A stretch of DNA of 32,000 bases from Candidatus Methanoperedens sp. (GTDB taxonomy: Archaea > Halobacteriota > Methanosarcinia > Methanosarcinales > Methanoperedenaceae): assembly GCA_041494705.1 (NCBI GenBank), contig JBGQBI010000002.1:390001-422000 (forward strand), written 5' to 3'. The stretch's first letter is position 1, and every line of letters begins with the position of its first letter. Positions 9,470 through 18,272 of the stretch are shown one piece after another. The position numbers and the translations under genes were made by a program. Under the pieces are notes generated by a model. That model worked only from the letters and a program-made list of their open reading frames with translations, did no database searches and was not told where the DNA came from.

Positions 9470-11410
9470 TTGAATTGGATTAACGATTTAACTTCAGGAT
9501 TCATGATAATGGGTGTGAAAGAATTCAGAAAACTCGTTACCATGGATGAGGCAAGGAATATTATCGAGAGCCTCGATATAGTGCCAAACCCAATAGAGGT
9601 GGGCATTGAAAACGCATCCGGCTGCGTCCTTGCAAAGGATATAGTCTCTGAAGTGGATGTGCCTCCATTTACCAGGGCTTCAATGGACGGTTATGCTGTT
9701 TGTGCCTCCGATACTTACCAGGCGCGCGAAGATAGACCCATCCGGCTTAAACTCGTGGGTGCCATTCCAGCCGGGTTAAATCCTGATATTCACATGGGGC
9801 GGGGCGAGGCGGTTGAAATTTCAACAGGCGCGGTCATGCCCGCAGGTGCAGATTCCGTGGTGATGGTAGAGTACACGCATATCGACAAGGACCTGTATGT
9901 CCACCGCCCTGTTTCTATTAATGAAAACGTAATGCATGCAGGTTCGGATATCATGGTCGGTGAGCGGGTATTGAAAAAAGGTACACTTCTCACCGCGCGG
10001 GAAACAGGGGTTCTGGCTTCCATAGGGAAAAAAACCGCAAGCGTTTTGAGATTAAATGTTGGTATTATCTCCACAGGAAATGAGCTTGCAGAGCCAGGCC
10101 GTGAACTCGGTGAAGGGGAAATATATGACATTAATTCTTTTTCACTCTTTTGTGCGGTAAAAGAATGCGGCGGGACACCTATTCGCTACGGAATAGTAAG
10201 GGATAACGGGACTGAAATAACAAAAGCGCTTAAGAAAGCGGCGGAAGTGTGCGATATTATCCTTACATCAGGGAGCACTTCAGCAGGTTCGGGTGATATC
10301 ATGTACAGGATAATCGAGGAAAATGGCGCCGTTTTGGCTCACGGGATAGATATCAAACCCGGAAAACCTGCAATTATCGGGAAAGTATTCGGAAAACCGG
10401 TTTTTGGTCTTCCCGGGTATCCGGCATCTTCACTTACGATTTTTAATGAATTTGTGGCGCCGCTTATCAGGAAAATGCTTGGAAAAAAGGAAGAGCGCTT
10501 ACAAACAAAGGCAATAATGGCTGTTCGCATCCGTTCCGAAGGACGAGGCCAGCTCCTTCCGGTTGGCATTGTCAGGAACGTTGCTTATCCTGTTGATAAA
10601 GGTTCGGGCGCCATCACCACGCTTTCAGAAGCGGATGGTTTTATCAAAATCCCCGGAAATGTGGAGATGATAGATGCCGGAGAGCTTGTGGATGTTACGC
10701 TTTTCGGAAAGCTTGAATCTTCGGATTTGCTATTCGTGGGCAGCCACTGCCTGGGACTTGATACGCTGGCTGATATCACCGGCCTGAAAATGCGCGTGAT
10801 AAATGCAGGGTCTTCGGGCGGCTTAAGCGCCATCAGAAGCGGTATTGCCGATATTGCAGGGATACACCTGCTGGATGAAGCCGGAATATATAATGTTCCT
10901 TTTCTTGAAAGGTTTGGAATAACAGACGCGGTGCTTGTAAAAGGATATCTGAGAGAACAGGGCTTGATTGTAAGAAAGGACAGCGGCATAAAGAAATTTG
11001 AGGATATAATAAATGCAAGGATTATTAACAGGAATACAGGTTCGGGAACAAGGGTCATGACAGATATGAAACTTAAGGATATCGCAAAGCAGAGGGGAGT
11101 AACATTTGAAGAACTTACAGGCAGGATAAATGGCTATCATACAGAAGCGAAAACGCACAGCGCGGTAGCGGCTGCGGTGAAACTCGGGAAAGCCGATGCA
11201 GGAATTGGCATTCGTACGGTAGCTGAATTAAACGGACTTAAGTTCATCAAAATTGCGGAGGAAGAGTATGATTTTGTCATCCCCTCCAGGCTTTTAGGGA
11301 CGAAGGAAATTAAGACATTCCTTGAGGTATTGAGAGGGAACGAGTTCAAGGAAAAACTGCCATCCGGACTCAGGGTATATGAGAGAACCGGCGAGATATT
11401 GGAAGCGTAA
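9470..11410 (+). CDS. moeA: Molybdopterin molybdotransferase MoeA fused to a C-terminal periplasmic-binding-protein-like domain (archaeal long form)
   Basis: MoeA motifs (SMDGYAV, STGNEL, LTSGSTSAGSGD, KPGKP) are followed by a ~230-aa PBP-like domain. The true start is probably MGVKEFRKL at 9509. Confidence 0.85.
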   Translation: MNWINDLTSGFMIMGVKEFRKLVTMDEARNIIESLDIVPNPIEVGIENASGCVLAKDIVSEVDVPPFTRASMDGYAVCASDTYQAREDRPIRLKLVGAIPAGLNPDIHMGRGEAVEISTGAVMPAGADSVVMVEYTHIDKDLYVHRPVSINENVMHAGSDIMVGERVLKKGTLLTARETGVLASIGKKTASVLRLNVGIISTGNELAEPGRELGEGEIYDINSFSLFCAVKECGGTPIRYGIVRDNGTEITKALKKAAEVCDIILTSGSTSAGSGDIMYRIIEENGAVLAHGIDIKPGKPAIIGKVFGKPVFGLPGYPASSLTIFNEFVAPLIRKMLGKKEERLQTKAIMAVRIRSEGRGQLLPVGIVRNVAYPVDKGSGAITTLSEADGFIKIPGNVEMIDAGELVDVTLFGKLESSDLLFVGSHCLGLDTLADITGLKMRVINAGSSGGLSAIRSGIADIAGIHLLDEAGIYNVPFLERFGITDAVLVKGYLREQGLIVRKDSGIKKFEDIINARIINRNTGSGTRVMTDMKLKDIAKQRGVTFEELTGRINGYHTEAKTHSAVAAAVKLGKADAGIGIRTVAELNGLKFIKIAEEEYDFVIPSRLLGTKEIKTFLEVLRGNEFKEKLPSGLRVYERTGEILEA

Positions 11411-11450
11411 ACGTTATTAGTTCTGCAAGTTTAATAAGACCTGAGATTAA

Positions 11451-12446
11451 ATGAACACGAAAAAAATTCTTGTTTTTTCCCTTATACTGATGCTGACTGC
11501 TTATCCGGTATTTGCAGGAGATGTAAAGCTTAATAGATGGGTGTTGAACGTGACTTTGACCGATGCAGGGTCAGTCGATGAGGTTATACAAACCGAGATT
11601 GAGAATGGAGGTTCTACACCTCTTGAAGGTTTTTCTTTTGTGATTCCTGCTACCAGGGTAACAATAACAAATGACCAAATAATGAGTATTCCGGCAACAG
11701 GCCAGGAAGTATCGCAACAGACAGTTCCTGACGGCGTTAAGATAATCATCAAATTCAACAAGCCGCTTGAAGCGGGAAAGAAATGGGACGGGCGCATCAG
11801 TCTTACGGCAGAAAACTGGGCGGTAAAAGAAGGTTCGGATTATTCTATCAGCATACCCGTCAAAGCGCCCCAGGCAATTGTCGCAGGGAAGGATACTGAA
11901 ATATCAGTGTCCGGGGATGCAGAAATCAGAAGCCAGGTTTTCCTTCCAAAAGGCGTAACTGCCACTTCAGTTGAAGTAAAATCCAGCGCCCCGAAGCCAT
12001 ATAAAAAACTGATGCAATTCGATCATGTTGTTCTCACATGGTTTCAATTGAATAACGGCGATGTTATCAGCATCAAAGGTTCATTTTCAGATGTATTAAT
12101 GAAAATAGTCGATAATGATGCAAAATACAGGGAATTAAGTACCAGAATTAAGAATGCAAAAGAACAGGGTTTGAATGTTTCAGATGCGCAAACTCATCTC
12201 AATAATGCAGAAGATTACAATAACAACCAGGCGCTCCAGTCTTTCTGGAAAAGTGACAACACGGTTGCATTGCAGTATGTGGGATATGCTAATGATGAAT
12301 TGAAACTTGCAGAAAATAGTCTTTCATCACCTGAGAAAACAACTCTCCCGCAAGAGACAGCGCAGGGTGAAAAAACCCCGGGGTTTGAAATAGCTGGATT
12401 AATTCTCGTATTGCTGATTTCCAGAGTGGTTAAAAGGAAAAAATAG
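11451..12446 (+). CDS. Secreted cell-surface protein with a PGF-CTERM archaeosortase sorting signal
   Basis: Signal peptide MNTKKILVFSLILMLTAYPVFAG. The C-terminus TPGFEIAGLILVLLISRVVKRKK is PGF plus a hydrophobic helix plus a basic tail. Confidence 0.7.
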   Translation: MNTKKILVFSLILMLTAYPVFAGDVKLNRWVLNVTLTDAGSVDEVIQTEIENGGSTPLEGFSFVIPATRVTITNDQIMSIPATGQEVSQQTVPDGVKIIIKFNKPLEAGKKWDGRISLTAENWAVKEGSDYSISIPVKAPQAIVAGKDTEISVSGDAEIRSQVFLPKGVTATSVEVKSSAPKPYKKLMQFDHVVLTWFQLNNGDVISIKGSFSDVLMKIVDNDAKYRELSTRIKNAKEQGLNVSDAQTHLNNAEDYNNNQALQSFWKSDNTVALQYVGYANDELKLAENSLSSPEKTTLPQETAQGEKTPGFEIAGLILVLLISRVVKRKK

Positions 12447-12459
12447 GATTTTATCAGCC

Positions 12460-12864
12460 TTATCGCAGATATAAAGCAAGTCCTTTCTCCAATCCTTCCA
12501 TGGTCGCATATGGGACTGTGGTCACGCGCCGGTTACCCAGCACCATCGCAGAAACACTCGCCTCCTCCTTATAGACGCAAACCACCCGCTTCCCCTTCGA
12601 CACCGCGTAGCATATCTCATAGCCCACGCCGATGGAGGGCACGGTAATATCTGCCACAAGGCAGTCGCACTCATCTATGAAGCCTATATCGCTTAAAAAA
12701 ATCTCCTCGTCTGTGCGTTTCGCTTCGGCCTCCTCAAGCTTCGAAGAAGCAACATGCTCACTCACCACATCATGTCCCGACTTTTTCAGGAGCGCTATTA
12801 TCTGTTTGTACTCAAACAACATGCTGCGCCCGCCTCTTATTGAACCTGCAAAGAATACTTTCAT
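12460..12864 (-). CDS. 2'-deoxynucleoside 5'-phosphate N-hydrolase (DNPH1/Rcl) / nucleoside 2-deoxyribosyltransferase-like protein
   Basis: MKVFFAGSIRGGR and PSIGVGYE motifs match the DNPH1/Rcl family. Its start overlaps the upstream gene's stop by 4 nt. Confidence 0.75.
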   Translation of the reverse strand: MKVFFAGSIRGGRSMLFEYKQIIALLKKSGHDVVSEHVASSKLEEAEAKRTDEEIFLSDIGFIDECDCLVADITVPSIGVGYEICYAVSKGKRVVCVYKEEASVSAMVLGNRRVTTVPYATMEGLEKGLALYLR

Positions 12865-14021
12865 TTGACCATCCGTATCAGATTCTCTTTGCCTTTCCTT
12901 ATCTTGATGATCAGTCCTTCTTCTTTCATAGCGGCGAGAACCATGCTTATCTTGGATTTCGAGAGTCTGCTCTCCTTAACTATATCTGATTGATATGCCT
13001 GCCCACCCGACCTCAGGAGGTACTGTTCTATCATTTCCTCATACTCTAAATCCTCCTCAGCACGAGGTGTCCGGGCTGTTTCATCTAATTTTTTCAATCT
13101 TTGCTCTCTTGCAGCCTTTTCAAGCTCTTCCACGCTTTGCGTCCCGAATTCTTTGTGCAGCAACTGCACAAGATTATTCCATACCTCAGGGGTTTTTAGT
13201 ATCTCCTTAAGCTCCCCATGCTCGTGCTTTAACCCGTTTCCTTTTTCGGTTAAATTAGCGCTACGTCTTCCTCTCAAGAATACCACTAAAGCCACGGATA
13301 CAAAAACAACTATGGAAATTACTATCAAAGGCCACATGAATTTTCCCGGCGAGAGAAACGTCGTTACCCCGGAACGTGAGAGCACAAGAGCCGGCTCTCC
13401 TATACTGAAGTTGCGGTACAGCGTCCCACCCCATATCAATCTGCTCCCATCGCGTTGGTCATAACTGGGAGATACGCTCATGACATCATAACCATCAGGG
13501 ATATTGATTATAAGTACGCTGGCAGGGGAAAGTACAATCCCCTCCGAGAAAGCATCCCCTACAAAAATACTATCAGAATCCCTGCGAGAAAAATTCTTCC
13601 ACAGGAAGGTGTAACGGATAATGCCGAAATCACCTGAAAGAGTACTTAGCGTGTCGAAAGAGATATTGACATCTGCGATTTTCATCGAGCGTTTTGAGAA
13701 ATTTTGAGATGAACGCTGGAACAGGTCAATCGTATCGTTAAACTCCGGGACGTCCCTGTAACGTGAGATATTCTTTCCTGTCTTTATGGCTGCTTCCCAT
13801 TCATTTAGTTCAGGCTTGGTAAGAGGCAGGCGTTTTTCCATTGTCCAAAATGCATTTCCGCTTTCGTTAACATTAACCGTGATGATGGATTCGGCTCCTG
13901 CTACATGCATCCCAAGTATTAAAAAAATGCATAAAAGAAACAGTTTTCTCATCGATACGAAATTATGTGCATCAGTATTAAGACTGCTGCTCTTGTTATG
14001 TTCATCAAGAGGTATCTCCAA
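12861..14021 (-). CDS. Membrane-tethered winged-helix regulator (COG2512-like): extracellular domain, one TM helix, cytoplasmic coiled region and a C-terminal wHTH
   Basis: Signal-like MRKLFLLCIFLILGMHVAGA (probable start at 13952), TM helix WPLIVISIVVFVSVALVVFL, and C-terminal SDIVKESRLSKSKISMVLAAMKEEGLIIKIRKGKEN (MarR/TrmB-like wHTH). Confidence 0.65.
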   Translation of the reverse strand: MEIPLDEHNKSSSLNTDAHNFVSMRKLFLLCIFLILGMHVAGAESIITVNVNESGNAFWTMEKRLPLTKPELNEWEAAIKTGKNISRYRDVPEFNDTIDLFQRSSQNFSKRSMKIADVNISFDTLSTLSGDFGIIRYTFLWKNFSRRDSDSIFVGDAFSEGIVLSPASVLIINIPDGYDVMSVSPSYDQRDGSRLIWGGTLYRNFSIGEPALVLSRSGVTTFLSPGKFMWPLIVISIVVFVSVALVVFLRGRRSANLTEKGNGLKHEHGELKEILKTPEVWNNLVQLLHKEFGTQSVEELEKAAREQRLKKLDETARTPRAEEDLEYEEMIEQYLLRSGGQAYQSDIVKESRLSKSKISMVLAAMKEEGLIIKIRKGKENLIRMVK

Positions 14022-14081
14022 GAAAATAAAAAAGAAAAAGTTTGATTAAATCTCCGTTAAGAAACTTAATCATCCTTTTAT

Positions 14082-15842
14082 TTAGTCCTTTTTGTTCTTG
14101 TCGGTTGTACCTTTGTGCACTTGTGTGTTGGTGTGTTCTTGTGTATTGGTATGCTCTTGTGTATTGTTGTGCACTTGTATGTTGGTATGCTCATGCGTAT
14201 TGGTGTGCTCATGAGTATTGGTATGCTCTTGTGTGTTGTTGTGCTCTTGCTCGTTCTCTTCTTGCTCTTCTTGCTCATGCTTGCCATTGTGGCCTACAGG
14301 CAGTGCATTTACTGATACGATTGCACGTCCGTTGATTGTACCGTTTGCTGCGGTGATAGTGGTAGTTCCTGCTGATAATGCAGTGAACTTGCCTGTGGCA
14401 TCAATGGTACCAACGGTCGTGTTGCTGCTCACCCATGTAAATATTGCCGAGATGATATGGCCCATCTGGTCAAATGCAGTGGCTGTAAATGTCTGTGTGC
14501 CGTTCACTTTTAACGACTTTTTTGGGGGTGAGACCGTTATGGTTTTCAGTACCGATGTTCCCGGAGCTGTTACAGTTGCGCCTGCAATTCCGATGACAGT
14601 TCCACCAGTTCCATTTGTCGCGATTATTGTTGTCATTCCTGCTTCAAGTGCTGTAAACACGCCTGTTGCAGAATCGATTGTTCCAACTGTGGTATTGCTG
14701 CTACTCCAAACTGTTGCCGGGCTAATCGATATGGAAACGCCATTCTGGTCAAAACCTGCTGCCGTAAAGCTCTGTGTTTCGCCCACTACCTTCGATGCCG
14801 TGAAGGGTGAGACCGTTATGGTTGTCAGTACTGGTGTCGGTGCTGGCGCTGATACAGTTACGCTTGCCGTTCCGCTGACAGTTCCACCAGTTCCATTGGT
14901 GGCGGTTATAGTTGTAGTTCCTGCTGCAAGTGCATTGAACATGCCTGTGGTTGGATTGATTGTTCCAACTGTGGTATTGCTGCTGCTCCAAACCACTGCC
15001 GGGCTAATCGCTATGGTAGCACCGAACTGGTCAAAACCTGCTGCTGTGAAGGTCTGACTTCCACCTAAAGTCAGCAACGCTGTTGCTGGTGTGACTGTTA
15101 TTGTGGTCAGAACCGGCACAGGCGCTGGCGCTGATACTGTTGCAGTTGCAGTTCCGCTGACAGTTCCACTCGTTCCATTCTTGGCGGTTATAGTTGTCGT
15201 TCCTGCTGCAAGTGCATTGAATACACCTGTGGTTGGATTGATTGTTCCAACTGTGGTATTGCTGCTGCTCCAAACTGTTGCCGGGCTAATCGATATGGAA
15301 CCGCCGGTCTGGTTAAAACCTGCTGCCGTAAAGCTCTGTGTTTCGCCCACTAATTTCGATGCTGATGTGGGTGAAACCGTTATGGTTGTCAGTACCGGTG
15401 TCGGCGCTGCTGCCTGTACTGTAATCGTAATATCTTTGAAGTTGGTTATTGGACCACCTGATACTGTGGAAGCATAAACCGTAACTTTATATGAACCTGC
15501 AGCCGAAGGTGCCTTTAAAGTTGTTGTTCCTGTTCCGCTACCGCTAACAATAACTCCACCTGAAGGAATGCCAAAAAGCGCATTATCATTTGCTACTGAC
15601 GGCCATTTTGCTGTCGCGCTCGACGGGCTCCAGGTTACAGTTACAACAAAACTCTCTCCCGGGGCTACTGTCGTTTTTGGGGTTGTTGCGGTGATGCTAA
15701 CACTCGACGATATGGAATGGCAGTCCGTACACACCATGTCATAATTTGCGTGTGCCGATACTCCCGGCACTGCTATTAGAGCCATTACTAAAAATAACAG
15801 CCCAATTTTCAATTTATTGTTCATTTGTTTTTTCCTATTCAT
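14082..15842 (-). CDS. Secreted monoheme c-type cytochrome-like protein with four Big_2 (Ig-like) repeats and a His-rich repetitive C-terminal tail
   Basis: The ORF is open to 15899, but a GGAG motif lies 8 nt upstream of the ATG at 15842 (MNRKKQMNNKLKIGLLFLVMALIAVPGVSAHA signal peptide). A single CTDCH heme-binding motif (15717-15731) sits right after the signal. Four ~94-aa repeats carry the Big_2-like pattern L..I.V.P...L..G.TQ.FTA.....G........W.SSN..V.TI...G...A...G...I.A. The tail is HEQEEQEENEQEHNNTQEHTNTHEHTNTHEHTNIQVHNNTQEHTNTQEHTNTQVH. Confidence 0.8.
   Translation of the reverse strand: MNRKKQMNNKLKIGLLFLVMALIAVPGVSAHANYDMVCTDCHSISSSVSITATTPKTTVAPGESFVVTVTWSPSSATAKWPSVANDNALFGIPSGGVIVSGSGTGTTTLKAPSAAGSYKVTVYASTVSGGPITNFKDITITVQAAAPTPVLTTITVSPTSASKLVGETQSFTAAGFNQTGGSISISPATVWSSSNTTVGTINPTTGVFNALAAGTTTITAKNGTSGTVSGTATATVSAPAPVPVLTTITVTPATALLTLGGSQTFTAAGFDQFGATIAISPAVVWSSSNTTVGTINPTTGMFNALAAGTTTITATNGTGGTVSGTASVTVSAPAPTPVLTTITVSPFTASKVVGETQSFTAAGFDQNGVSISISPATVWSSSNTTVGTIDSATGVFTALEAGMTTIIATNGTGGTVIGIAGATVTAPGTSVLKTITVSPPKKSLKVNGTQTFTATAFDQMGHIISAIFTWVSSNTTVGTIDATGKFTALSAGTTTITAANGTINGRAIVSVNALPVGHNGKHEQEEQEENEQEHNNTQEHTNTHEHTNTHEHTNIQVHNNTQEHTNTQEHTNTQVHKGTTDKNKKD
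14112..14246 (-). repeat. Imperfect 18-nt tandem repeat (plus-strand unit ttgtgtattggtatgctc) encoding (E-H-T-N-T-Q/H)n
   Basis: About 7 consecutive degenerate 18-nt units are visible directly in the DNA. They are in frame with the cytochrome-like CDS. Confidence 0.8.
14301..15407 (-). repeat. Four in-frame tandem repeats of ~282 bp encoding the Big_2 domains
   Basis: The string gtggtattgctgct(a/g)ctccaaac...gccgggctaatcg recurs at about 14692, 14974 and 15256, a period of 282 nt. The antisense ORFs 14749-14991 and 15031-15273 are near-identical and offset by 282 nt. Confidence 0.85.
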
Positions 15843-16264
15843 TCTTTTTCTCCTATCTGCCTGCTTGAGATGCAATAAGGCATCTTTGCAGAATACCAAT
15901 AGTATAACAATTGTTAATTTAACTATACTGAGAGTTTTTCATGGTTTTTGAGTTTTTACGGTCTATAAAAGCTTATTTTAGTTTTTTATCGTTCAATAAA
16001 CTATTTTTTTAAATTAAAAGTTGAAGTAATAACCCAAATCTTAAAATACCACCCCCAAGTACTCAGATGTTGAAGAGATAGGGAAATGATACTGGATGAT
16101 AGAAATAAAACCAAGCATAGAATCTGATTGGAAAAGTTGGCAAAAGCCGATAGAATAGAATCGTTGACGGGATATAGGAGGAAACTACTTCGACTTCTGC
16201 CTAATCATATTACGTCAATTGACGATTTAAAATTTACGGGTATTTATTCCCTGGGAAATTGTGT

Positions 16265-18271
16265 TCATAACAGGTGATAGTGTCCGATAACCTGATTGGC
16301 AATTCCTCCGATAAGTATTGCAAGAATTATCGTGAATACCATAATCCCGAATGCCCGCTTCCAGCCAAGCTCCCGCCCGAGTACTGCAATAGTAGCAACG
16401 CACGGGATATAAATCGTGTTAACAAGGGCGTACACGAATAACTGGGCAGGCGTCATGAATATAAGAAGGTTCTTTGCGCCGCCCCCGTACATGACAACCG
16501 CCAGCGTTACAAGCAACTGGAGCGCAAGTTCCTTCCGGAGTACGGCAAATATCAGCGTAAGTCCTGCCACTGCGGGAAGCCCGAGCCACCCCTCAACCAC
16601 CGGGGATAACGGTGCTGCCAGTTTCCAGAGATAACCGGTCTCGTAAAGCGCCCCCAGAAAAAGAGAGCCGGCAAGCACAATCGGGAATGCCACGAACACG
16701 AAATCCTTGAACCTGTACCATGTCTTCTTGACGATATTCGACATCAAGGGCATCCTGAAGGGGAACATCTCCATGACAAGCCCTGTGGAACTGCCTGGCA
16801 TTACTTTGTTAAGCCCGACGCCTACGAGAAACACAAGCGCCAGGACGATGATATATATCGCAACCGCCGGCTTCCATCCCACGAATAGCGAGACTGCGCC
16901 CAGGATGACAGCCGTCCGGGCGCTGCACGGGATGAGCGTGATGAGAGTGCTGGCTATAGTCCGCTCGCGCATCGTGGTCAATACCCGCGTTCCTATGATG
17001 GCTGGCACATTGCATCCAGCGCCTGCCACAAGCGGGATAATGGCGCGCCCGTGAAGACCGAACTTGTGCATCAGCCTGTCAGTCAGGAAAGCGACCGAGT
17101 TCAGGTATCCCGAATCCTCAAGGAAAGCGAGCATGAAATAAAAGGTGAGCACGTAGGGAATCCCGACTGCAAGCGCTGCAAGGATGCCAGCGTCAAAGCC
17201 CCAGATGAGGATTTTGCCGATATGCCCCGTCCCGAAGATATAGAATATTATGCCATCGATGACAGGCGACATATACGATGCCCAGAGGCTGCTGAATAAG
17301 TTGGAAAGCCGGTTGCCCCCATAAAACATGAAAGCGAATATTACTCCAAGGATACCGATGAGAAGCGGTATGCCTGTCAGCGGCGATGTGGTGTATGCCC
17401 AGAGCCTATCAGACCTTGCTGGTGTGACATCGCCCTGCACCTGTGAGGCTACTGTTCCTGCAAGACCATGCCTTTCACGGGCTATTCTTAGAGGTGATTT
17501 TTCGCCATGTTTTTCTTCGATTTCCCGGCTGATTTTATTTGCCTCTTCGAGAATGGAATTTCCATTTGCGTGTTTCTTTACAAGTTCTATGAACTCGGAA
17601 TCCTCTTCGAGGAGCAGTATTGCCAGTGCCCTCGGGTTTATTCCGAAATCATAAGGCGCAAGTAAATCGCCAAGCTTTTTTATGCTGGCTTCAATATCCC
17701 CGCCATAGTGAATATCATATTTGATTTTCTTTTTCTGTCCTGCAATATCTACGGCTTTTTGTATCAGTTCATCAAGGCCGCTGCCTGTGGTGGCGATTGT
17801 TTTTGCCACAGGGACGCCAAGAAGCCGGGAAAGGAGGGGCGCATCGATAATAATATTCCTTTTCTCTGCCTCGTCTATCAGGTTCAAAGCAACCACAAGC
17901 GGGATGCCAAGGTCGATGAACTGGAGAGTCATGTATAGGTTCCTGGCAAGGTTGGTTGCGTCAAGAATCATTATCACGGCATCGGGTTTGCAATCGAGCA
18001 TCGCCCTTCGGGCAACCCACTGGTCTTCTGACACAGCTCCGAGGGCATAGCTTCCGGGAAGGTCGATTATGCCGATGCGCAGTTCTTTAAAAGTCGTGGT
18101 CGCCATATTCAGTTCCACGGTCTTGCCCGGATAGTTTGCCGTAACGACTCCCATTCCTGTGAGCCTGTTGAATATGCTTGATTTGCCTACGTTCGGGTTG
18201 CCCGCAAGCGCAAATGTAAAATCAGTTTTACCTTTTATTTCCTTGAGGGCGCCGTGACATGAAAGAGCCAT
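16265..18271 (-). CDS. feoB: Ferrous iron transporter FeoB
   Basis: N-terminal GTPase domain with G1 GNPNVGKSS, G3 DLPG and G4-like NLID, followed by a large polytopic membrane domain. The 668-aa length fits. It starts 1 nt after the upstream gene's stop codon. Confidence 0.95.
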   Translation of the reverse strand: MALSCHGALKEIKGKTDFTFALAGNPNVGKSSIFNRLTGMGVVTANYPGKTVELNMATTTFKELRIGIIDLPGSYALGAVSEDQWVARRAMLDCKPDAVIMILDATNLARNLYMTLQFIDLGIPLVVALNLIDEAEKRNIIIDAPLLSRLLGVPVAKTIATTGSGLDELIQKAVDIAGQKKKIKYDIHYGGDIEASIKKLGDLLAPYDFGINPRALAILLLEEDSEFIELVKKHANGNSILEEANKISREIEEKHGEKSPLRIARERHGLAGTVASQVQGDVTPARSDRLWAYTTSPLTGIPLLIGILGVIFAFMFYGGNRLSNLFSSLWASYMSPVIDGIIFYIFGTGHIGKILIWGFDAGILAALAVGIPYVLTFYFMLAFLEDSGYLNSVAFLTDRLMHKFGLHGRAIIPLVAGAGCNVPAIIGTRVLTTMRERTIASTLITLIPCSARTAVILGAVSLFVGWKPAVAIYIIVLALVFLVGVGLNKVMPGSSTGLVMEMFPFRMPLMSNIVKKTWYRFKDFVFVAFPIVLAGSLFLGALYETGYLWKLAAPLSPVVEGWLGLPAVAGLTLIFAVLRKELALQLLVTLAVVMYGGGAKNLLIFMTPAQLFVYALVNTIYIPCVATIAVLGRELGWKRAFGIMVFTIILAILIGGIANQVIGHYHLL

Positions 18272-18272
18272 T

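Noticed and set aside
14112-14246. Possible CRISPR array or other non-coding tandem array
   Set aside because: The units are 18 nt, contiguous without spacers, degenerate and in frame within a CDS. No CRISPR-like repeat-spacer architecture or cas genes occur anywhere in the window.
14042-14335. Cys-rich repetitive 97-aa ORF (CALVCWCVLVYWYALVYCCALVCWYAH...) that could be mistaken for a metallothionein-like peptide
   Set aside because: It is the antisense reading of the 18-nt His-rich repeat. The periodicity comes from the repeat itself, and it overlaps the 3' end of a well-supported CDS.
14218-15057. Long plus-strand ORFs (279 aa here, also 15091-15477 and 14115-14315) and the 80-aa minus-strand off-frame ORFs inside the Big_2 repeat gene
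   Set aside because: They are antisense or off-frame shadows of a repetitive, low-complexity gene rich in Thr/Ala/Gly/Val. The translations are implausible Val/Pro/Ala strings with no start context. The minus-strand frame with a signal peptide, CxxCH and Big_2 repeats explains the region.
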